NCBI GenBank assembly: GCA_963767925.1
Contig: CAVYGB010000008.1
Span: 1,088,001-1,152,000 of the forward strand
DNA: 64,000 bases
Source: an uncultured delta proteobacterium
GTDB lineage: Bacteria; Myxococcota_A; Polyangia; Fen-1088
Reading direction: 5' to 3'
Position numbers and translations under genes: made by a program. The notes beneath the pieces were generated by a model. That model saw only the letters and a list, made by a program, of their open reading frames with translations. It had not been told where the DNA came from and searched no databases. Numbering within the stretch: position 1 is the first letter of the stretch; each line of letters opens with the position of its first letter. Positions 57,733 to 64,000 of this stretch are shown here, one piece after another.

Positions 57733-58650
57733 TTGGCTAAAACACCTCCTCGCCGCGAGACCGCCGAGTCGGATCACGTCCGCGCCAAGACGGTCGTCAC
57801 GAGCATTAGCAAGATCACCGACCGGGCGCCGGGGAAGGAAGCGTGCCTGGTCGTGATCTACGGAAACGACCTGGGCAAGAAGTACAACCTCGACGCGGCC
57901 ACCCTGGTGCTCGGTCGCTCTTCCAAGTGCGACATCCAGATCGACCAGGAGTCGGTCTCGCGTGCCCACTCGAAGATCATCAACACCGGCAAGTCGATCC
58001 GCATCCGCGACCTGGGTTCGACGAACGGCACCTACGTCAACGACGAGCCGATCGAGGAGCGGGTGCTCGGCGACGGCGACCTGATCAAGATCGGCCGGAC
58101 CATCTTCAAGTTCCTCTCGGGCGGCAACATCGAGCGCGCTTACCACGAGGAGATCTACCGCCTCACCACCATCGATGGTCTGACCCAGATCTACAACAAG
58201 CGGTATTTCCTGGAGACGCTCGAGCGGGAGATCGCCCGCTCCAGCCGCTACCGGCGCGACATGTCCCTGGTGCTGTTCGACATCGACCACTTCAAGAAGA
58301 TCAACGACACCTTCGGGCACCTGGCGGGGGATCAGGTGCTCAAGGTCCTGGCCTCCACGGTGAAGACCAAGATCCGGCGTGAGGACCTCTTCGCCCGCTA
58401 CGGCGGAGAGGAGTTCGCCATCGTCCTGCCCGAGATCGACGGGTACAACGCCCATCAGTTCGCGGAGAAGGTGCGGCGGATCGTCGAGACCACCGAGTTC
58501 ACCTTCGAGGACACCCGCATCCCCGTCACCATCTCGATGGGGGTGGCCACCCTGGACGCCGAGACCGCCGACTCGGCCGCACTCATCAAGCGCGCCGACG
58601 ATCGCCTGTACGAGGCGAAAAAAGGCGGCCGCAACTGTGTGCGCGGCTAG
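57733..58650 (+). CDS. FHA-GGDEF diguanylate cyclase
   Basis: TTG start after [47 protein letters not shown]-site, RYGGEEF. Confidence 0.92.
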   Translation: MAKTPPRRETAESDHVRAKTVVTSISKITDRAPGKEACLVVIYGNDLGKKYNLDAATLVLGRSSKCDIQIDQESVSRAHSKIINTGKSIRIRDLGSTNGTYVNDEPIEERVLGDGDLIKIGRTIFKFLSGGNIERAYHEEIYRLTTIDGLTQIYNKRYFLETLEREIARSSRYRRDMSLVLFDIDHFKKINDTFGHLAGDQVLKVLASTVKTKIRREDLFARYGGEEFAIVLPEIDGYNAHQFAEKVRRIVETTEFTFEDTRIPVTISMGVATLDAETADSAALIKRADDRLYEAKKGGRNCVRG

Positions 58651-58682
58651 TTCGAAGACGGTGCGCTGACAGCGGCTAGCGG

Positions 58683-59657
58683 CTAGCAGGCGCCCAGCAC
58701 TTCGGCGAGGGAGGGCAGGCCGGCCCGGGCTCCCAGGCTGCGGCAGGAGAGCCCGGCGGCGGCGTTGGCGAAGGGCAGCGCGTCCTCGAGGGCCCAGCCG
58801 GCGGCGGTGGCGTAGGCGAAGGCCCCGCAGAACACGTCGCCCGCGCCGGTCCGGTCGGCGACCGGCACGTCGAGGGGGTCTTGCTGCACCAGCTTGTCGC
58901 CCTCGAGGGCCATGGCCCCCTCGGGGCCCAGGGTGATGACGGCGACCCGGGGACCGAGGCGGGTGATCTCGCGCAGGCTGCTCTCGATCTGGTCGGAGGG
59001 GGCGATCTCGCTGGCGAACCGCTCCGACCCGATGACCACGTCGGCCAGCGAGAGCAGCTCGCCCATCCCGCCCCCCAGGTGACCGGCGTTGAGCAGAACG
59101 GGGATCTTCTTGGCCCGGGCCTTCTCGGCCAGGGCCGCCTGCAGGGCCGGCTGGTAGCCGTCGAGGCAAAGCAGGGAGCACCCCACCAGCAGCCGGGGGG
59201 GCAGGTCCCGGGTCTCGAGGGCGGTGGTGCTGCCACCGGTGCACAACATGCGCTGCCGGCGGGTGAACTCGTCCATCTCGACGATGGAGACCGGCGAGAG
59301 CTTCTGCTGCTCGATCTGGACCAGCGAGGTGTCGACGCCAACGTCGGACAGCCCGCTGAGGATGAACCGGCCGAAGTGGTCGTCACCGACCCGCCCGAAG
59401 AAGCGGGCGTTGGCCCCCAGCAGGGCGATGGTGGCGAGGGCCGTGCCGGTGGCGCCTCCCCCTTGCATGCTGAAGACGCTCAGCTCGACCCGCCGCTCGT
59501 CGAGGCGGGGCGCCACGCAAATGAGCTCCACGGTGGCCTGACCCACCCCCACCACCACGCCCCGGGGCGCCGGCCGGGCGCGGCCCCGCCTCGGTGCCGG
59601 CTTGCGGGTTCGAGGACTGGGCGAGCGGGCCGGGCGGCGCGGGCGACGCGCGAGCAT
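58683..59657 (-). CDS. PfkB-family carbohydrate kinase
   Basis: GGGATGTA, GRVGDDHFG, ITLGPEG, DRTGAGDVF, FANAAA. Confidence 0.88.
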   Translation of the reverse strand: MLARRPRRPARSPSPRTRKPAPRRGRARPAPRGVVVGVGQATVELICVAPRLDERRVELSVFSMQGGGATGTALATIALLGANARFFGRVGDDHFGRFILSGLSDVGVDTSLVQIEQQKLSPVSIVEMDEFTRRQRMLCTGGSTTALETRDLPPRLLVGCSLLCLDGYQPALQAALAEKARAKKIPVLLNAGHLGGGMGELLSLADVVIGSERFASEIAPSDQIESSLREITRLGPRVAVITLGPEGAMALEGDKLVQQDPLDVPVADRTGAGDVFCGAFAYATAAGWALEDALPFANAAAGLSCRSLGARAGLPSLAEVLGAC

Positions 59658-59670
59658 CGGGACAATCGTA

Positions 59671-62600
59671 TCACCTCGCAGAGGCCGGGAGGAGTGGTTG
59701 GCCCGCCGCCTCCTGCGCGGCGATGTACCGTTCGAGCGCGGCGACCGCCTTGCCGTAGGTGACGCTCGCGTAATGTGCGCGGCCCAGATAGTAGAGGACC
59801 GCGGGCCGCTTGGCGACGAAGGCGGGATCGTCGGCGAGCGGCTTGAGCTGCTCGACCGCATCGCCGTAGAGCTCGGCCTTGTAGTGCAGAAAGCCCGAGA
59901 CGAGGGTGAAGTCCTGGCCCAGCTGGCCCCAGACGTCCTCGGGCCAGGCCTCGAGGACCTTGTAGGCGGTTGCGTAGCGGCGGCCGGCCATCAGGGCCTG
60001 GACCTCCGCGTACTCGCGGCGAATGCGCTCGCCGTGCCGTTCGGCCAGCCGGGCGGGCGGCGACGGCGGCGCGAGGTCAGCGGCGGGCGCCAGGGGGATC
60101 TCGGGGTCCCGGTCTTCGCGGGTGTCGACGAGATCGATCAGCAGACGCGCCCGGTCCGCCTCGGGGCCTCCCCCGCTGGCCCGCGCGGCCATCGCCCAGG
60201 CCTGCGCCTCCCGGATCTTGCCGTGCGACAGGAGGCTGCGGGACAGCAGGCCGCGCGCCGCGGCCTCCGTCTCCTGATAGCCGGAGACCAGGCCGCTCAG
60301 CCGTCCGTAGGGCCAGCGCGGTCCGTAGACCCGGGCCAGGTAGGGCTCGAAGCGCGAGTAGCCGAGGAGGTCGCGGGGTGCGTTGAACTCGATGCGGGCG
60401 TTGTCGTCGGTGTTGAGCTGGGCTCCCGCGGAGAAGGACTCCACCTCTTCGGGCGCGAGCAAGAGGTGGGCGAAGACGTCGTGGGCGGTCGCCAGGCCGG
60501 CCCGGCGGGCCTCCGCCCCGGTTGTCGGATCGGCCAGGCGGCGTTCGACCCGCTGCCGATCGAGGGTCAGGGGGCGGTTGCTCGCGATGAGGATCGTGTC
60601 AGACGAGAGGTCCTCGGGAGAGAAGACGAGGACGTGGCGGAACTCCTCGCGCAGGGTCCGGTAGATCGATTTGACGTTCCAGGGCGCCAGCTCGTAGAGC
60701 TGCGCCCACTGGCAGAAGATCCCATCGGGCGCCAGGCGGGCCTTGACCGCCTGGAAGTACTCCCGGGTAAAGAGGTTCGAGACGCCGGTGATCCAGGGGT
60801 TGGAGGGCTGGCTCACGATCACGTCGAAGGGGTCGCGCCGCTGGGTGAGGAAGTTCCGGCCGTCGCCCACCCGGGCCCGGACCTTGGGGTTGACCAGGGG
60901 CCGGTGGTTGACGTGATCGAAGAAGCGGGAGGCCCGGTAGATGGCCGGCTCGAGCTCCACAACCTCGAGCGAGGCGATCGGGAACTGGGTGATCGATCCG
61001 GCGGTCGCGCCCGAGCCGAAGCCGATCAGCGCCACCCGGGGCGGCCGCGTCCGCTCGTCGTGGGGATAGAGCAGCAGGGGCAGCAGCCCCACGCTGATCT
61101 GGGTCGGCATGTCGGCCTCGCTGGAGGCGTCGACCTTGCCGTTGTTCTTGAGGGAGTAGGTCTTGCCCCAGCGGTCGACCGACACGGTGGTGGCCACCCC
61201 GTCCTCGTAGAACACCAGCTCCGGCTTGTCCCAGCCGCGGCGCTGGGCCCGCCGCTCGATGTAGTCCTTGGCGATCGAGACCCGGAAGAAGCCCACCGAG
61301 AAGTTGGTCAGGTTCCAGCGTGGCAAGAGCAGGCCGGTCACGGCGAAGGCCACCGCCAGGCCCGTGCCGGCCAGCCGTTGTAGGCGGGGCAGGGCGGGGG
61401 CCACCAGGAAGAGCAGGCCGGCCAGGAGCAGCCCGGTGAGGACGGCGGCGTAGATCCCCCGCTGCAGCCCGAGCAGGGGCAACACCACGAAGCCCGACAG
61501 GAAAGACCCGGTGATGGCCCCGAGCGTGTTGATCCCGTAGGCCCGCCCCAGGTCGGTCCCCACGCGATCGAAGTCGGAAGCGACGATGCGGATGGTGAGG
61601 GGAAACACCCCGCCCATGAGGAGGGTCGCCGGCAGCACGGTGACGCAGGCGGCGACGAACTGGCAAATCTGGATGGCGTCGACCCCGGCGCGGGTCGAGG
61701 AGACCAGCCAGGCGAACACGAAGGGCAGCTCGTCGGTGATGAGGTAGGAGAAGCCGACTGCCACCGCGATGCCGAGGTGCAGGCAGGCCAGCGCCCGCAC
61801 CGGATGGGCGGCCCGATCGGCCACCCGGCCGAAGATCGCCGAGCCGCCTCCCAGCCCCACCAGGAAGGCCAGGAGGATGAGGGTGAAGGAGAAGATGGAG
61901 GAGCCCAGCACCACCGCCAGAGCCCGGGTCCAGAGCACCTGCAGGGTCATCGCCGTGAGCCCCGAGAGGGCGAAGCCGGCGAGCACCAGGCGGCGGGCGG
62001 CGCGGGTGGGCCGAACGGCTGCCACCCGCAGGCGGGGCTCGATCTCCAGCCCGAGCTGCTCGGCCAGGGCGTCGAGGGTGGGGCGTTGCTGGACGCGGGC
62101 CAGCAGGGGGCGGGCCAGCAGCACCACCGCCGCCAGGGTCAGGTTGATCCCCGCGGCGGTGAAGTTGGTGAGCCGCACGCCCAGCCCGGGGAGGAAGACG
62201 AACCCGGCGAGGAAGGCGCCCGCGACCGCCCCGAAGAGGTTGAGCGCGTAGAGCGACCCGAGCTGCGACCCCAGGCCCCCCATCTGACCCGGGCGGGACA
62301 CCAGGTATCGCCCCAGGAGCGGCAGGGTGGCCCCCATGAGGGTGGTGGGGAGCAGGAGCAAGACGGCCGACGCCAGAAAGCGCAGGGTGGAGAGGAGGGC
62401 GTAGTTCCAGCCACCGGCCGCCCCGGCCGGCGCGGCGTCGCCGAACGTCGTCCACAGCCAGGTGTTCAGGGCGGGGTAGCGGACCAGAACCAGCGGGAGC
62501 GCCAGGGCGTACAGGCCCACGCCCAGCTCCGCCAGGGCATAGGCGCGCAGCGGGTCGCGAATCCGGTCCGAGGCCCTGCCGGCCAGCGCCGAGCCGAGGC

Positions 62601-62805
62601 CGAGGCCACCCATGTAGGCGGTGAGGACGGTCGAGATGGCCAGAGTCGTCGACCCGAACACCAGGGTGAGACCCCGGGTCCAGACCATCTCGAACATCAG
62701 GCCTGACGCCCCCGAGAGAAAGAAACAGGCCAGCGCAAGGGCCCGGAGGGGGTGCCCCGAGACCGGTGAGCCAGTGGCCGATCCAGTGGTAGCGAGCGGT
62801 GGCAT
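59671..62805 (-). CDS. Fused multi-TM / spermidine-synthase-like methyltransferase with a C-terminal TPR
   Basis: FFLSGASGLMFE..W.R duplicated TM module; IGFGSGAT, VVELEP, GDGRNFL, FDVIVSQPSNPW, LFTREYF, NTDDN; C-terminal TPR. Confidence 0.88.
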   Translation of the reverse strand: MPPLATTGSATGSPVSGHPLRALALACFFLSGASGLMFEMVWTRGLTLVFGSTTLAISTVLTAYMGGLGLGSALAGRASDRIRDPLRAYALAELGVGLYALALPLVLVRYPALNTWLWTTFGDAAPAGAAGGWNYALLSTLRFLASAVLLLLPTTLMGATLPLLGRYLVSRPGQMGGLGSQLGSLYALNLFGAVAGAFLAGFVFLPGLGVRLTNFTAAGINLTLAAVVLLARPLLARVQQRPTLDALAEQLGLEIEPRLRVAAVRPTRAARRLVLAGFALSGLTAMTLQVLWTRALAVVLGSSIFSFTLILLAFLVGLGGGSAIFGRVADRAAHPVRALACLHLGIAVAVGFSYLITDELPFVFAWLVSSTRAGVDAIQICQFVAACVTVLPATLLMGGVFPLTIRIVASDFDRVGTDLGRAYGINTLGAITGSFLSGFVVLPLLGLQRGIYAAVLTGLLLAGLLFLVAPALPRLQRLAGTGLAVAFAVTGLLLPRWNLTNFSVGFFRVSIAKDYIERRAQRRGWDKPELVFYEDGVATTVSVDRWGKTYSLKNNGKVDASSEADMPTQISVGLLPLLLYPHDERTRPPRVALIGFGSGATAGSITQFPIASLEVVELEPAIYRASRFFDHVNHRPLVNPKVRARVGDGRNFLTQRRDPFDVIVSQPSNPWITGVSNLFTREYFQAVKARLAPDGIFCQWAQLYELAPWNVKSIYRTLREEFRHVLVFSPEDLSSDTILIASNRPLTLDRQRVERRLADPTTGAEARRAGLATAHDVFAHLLLAPEEVESFSAGAQLNTDDNARIEFNAPRDLLGYSRFEPYLARVYGPRWPYGRLSGLVSGYQETEAAARGLLSRSLLSHGKIREAQAWAMAARASGGGPEADRARLLIDLVDTREDRDPEIPLAPAADLAPPSPPARLAERHGERIRREYAEVQALMAGRRYATAYKVLEAWPEDVWGQLGQDFTLVSGFLHYKAELYGDAVEQLKPLADDPAFVAKRPAVLYYLGRAHYASVTYGKAVAALERYIAAQEAAGQPLLPASAR

Positions 62806-62919
62806 GAGATCGCGATCCGTTGGCAGGGCTCAAGGAGCCGTCAACCGCGCCGATCAGGAGCCTGAGGCGTGGTGTCGAACCCCGCACCGGCTACGCGATG
62901 GTGGTATAGTAGAGTTTTC

Positions 62920-63657
62920 ATGCGATACGGCATCCTCTCCGACACACACGCCAACATCGAGGCTCTGGAATCGGTGTTCAAGGCCCTCGAGAGCGAGTCC
63001 ATCGATCGCTACGTGTGTCTCGGCGATACGGTCGGTTACGGGGCCAGTCCCAACGAGGCCTGCGCGCTGATGCGCAAGAAGGTCGCGTTCGCGATCCTCG
63101 GCAACCACGACGCCGCCGTGGCCGGCCGCATGGACTATTCCTACTACTACTACGCCGCCCGACACGCCCTCGACAAGCACGCCCAGATCCTCGACCGTGA
63201 GAACATGGCCTGGCTCAAGGAGCTGCCCTACGAGGTGCGCGAGCACGAGGTCCTCTTTTGCCACGGTTCACCCATCAACGCGCAGGAGTTCGACTACATC
63301 TTCGCGCGCGACCAGGCAGCCCGCTGTCTGAGCATCTGGGACACGATTCCCCGCCTCACCGTGATCGGGCACTCCCACCTCTGCAAGTCGTTCGCCCTCA
63401 ACCCCGAGCACCCGGGCGCGCAGGAGGTGGTGTCCCTCAAGTTCCAGCTCCGGCCCGGCTGGAAATACATCGTCAGCGTCGGATCGGTGGGGCAGCCGCG
63501 CGACTTCGATCCGCGGGCCAGCTACACCATCTTCGACACCGAGACCGCCACCTTCGAGTTCAAGCGGGTCGAATACGACGTGAAGGCCGCCGCCAGCAAG
63601 ATCCTCTCGTCCGACCTGGAGCCGAACTTCGGCACCCGGCTATTTCTCGGCATCTGA
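62920..63657 (+). CDS. Metallophosphoesterase (YfcE/PrpA-like)
   Basis: SDTHAN, LGDTVGYG, GNHD, CHGSP, GHSH, VGSVGQPRD. Confidence 0.9.
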   Translation: MRYGILSDTHANIEALESVFKALESESIDRYVCLGDTVGYGASPNEACALMRKKVAFAILGNHDAAVAGRMDYSYYYYAARHALDKHAQILDRENMAWLKELPYEVREHEVLFCHGSPINAQEFDYIFARDQAARCLSIWDTIPRLTVIGHSHLCKSFALNPEHPGAQEVVSLKFQLRPGWKYIVSVGSVGQPRDFDPRASYTIFDTETATFEFKRVEYDVKAAASKILSSDLEPNFGTRLFLGI

Positions 63658-64000
63658 GGCGGTCGGGGCGGGCAGGGCCACCTCCGCGCCGGTGGCGCGG
63701 GACAGGCTGGCCGCCGCCATGTTGAGATCGAAGATGGCCTGCAGGGCCCGGATGCGGAACTGAAACGAGGCCACCAGGGCGTCGGCGAAGTCCTTGGCCT
63801 CGGCCAGGCCGGTCGCGAAGTTCGCCCCCACTGCGGTGATCCAGGCCTTGGCCGCCCGCTCGCCCTTGCGGACCGCCGCGAGCCGCTTCGTCGCCTCCCG
63901 CAGGCTGGCGTGGGCCCGCTCGACCTCGAAGCCGATGCCCCCTATCGCCTCGCGCCGCCGGTGGATCGTCTCCTCGGCGTCGGCGCGGAGCTGGGCCGCG
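63640..64000 (-). CDS. TolC-family outer-membrane efflux protein, C-terminal fragment
   Basis: Frame is open to the window edge: ..EVERAHASLREA..AA......NFATGL....DFADA....ALQAIFDLNMAAASLSRATG, a typical OEP C-terminus. Confidence 0.7.
   Translation of the reverse strand, partial: AAQLRADAEETIHRRREAIGGIGFEVERAHASLREATKRLAAVRKGERAAKAWITAVGANFATGLAEAKDFADALVASFQFRIRALQAIFDLNMAAASLSRATGAEVALPAPTASDAEK

Overview
Very high-GC chromosomal window, most likely from a myxobacterium (Myxococcota). The evidence is a CdbA/TIGR04563-type RHH gene, many FHA, TPR and HEAT proteins, and a split nuo cluster. Most genes are housekeeping: nuoD-G-H-I, a probable 6S RNA, mreB-mreC-mreD-mrdA-rodA, three PPIases, fbaB, glycogen genes (a frameshifted GH57, glgC, glgP), glcDEF, typA, mfd, dksA, a PfkB kinase, a membrane-fused spermidine synthase and the 3' end of a TolC gene. 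I saw no mobile elements, CRISPR arrays, tRNAs or rRNAs. Main points of interest: (1) a cytoplasm-only set of type III secretion/flagellar-export genes in two mini-operons about 14 kb apart (SctK-like/SctL/SctN and SctP-like/SctQ), the second preceded by a perfect sigma-28 -10 box; (2) a c-di-GMP/phospho-Thr signalling group (cdbA, an FHA-GGDEF cyclase, a stand-alone MshEN protein, and two Zn-ribbon/FHA-FHA paralogues sharing a [KR]TMY motif); (3) two apparent pseudo-enzymes (GlgA-like and acyl-CoA-ligase-like) flanking cdbA-dksA; (4) a one-base frameshift at the GH57 catalytic motif; (5) frequent leaderless-type promoters and a probable CTG start for mreC. All calls come from reading motifs by eye; no searches were run.
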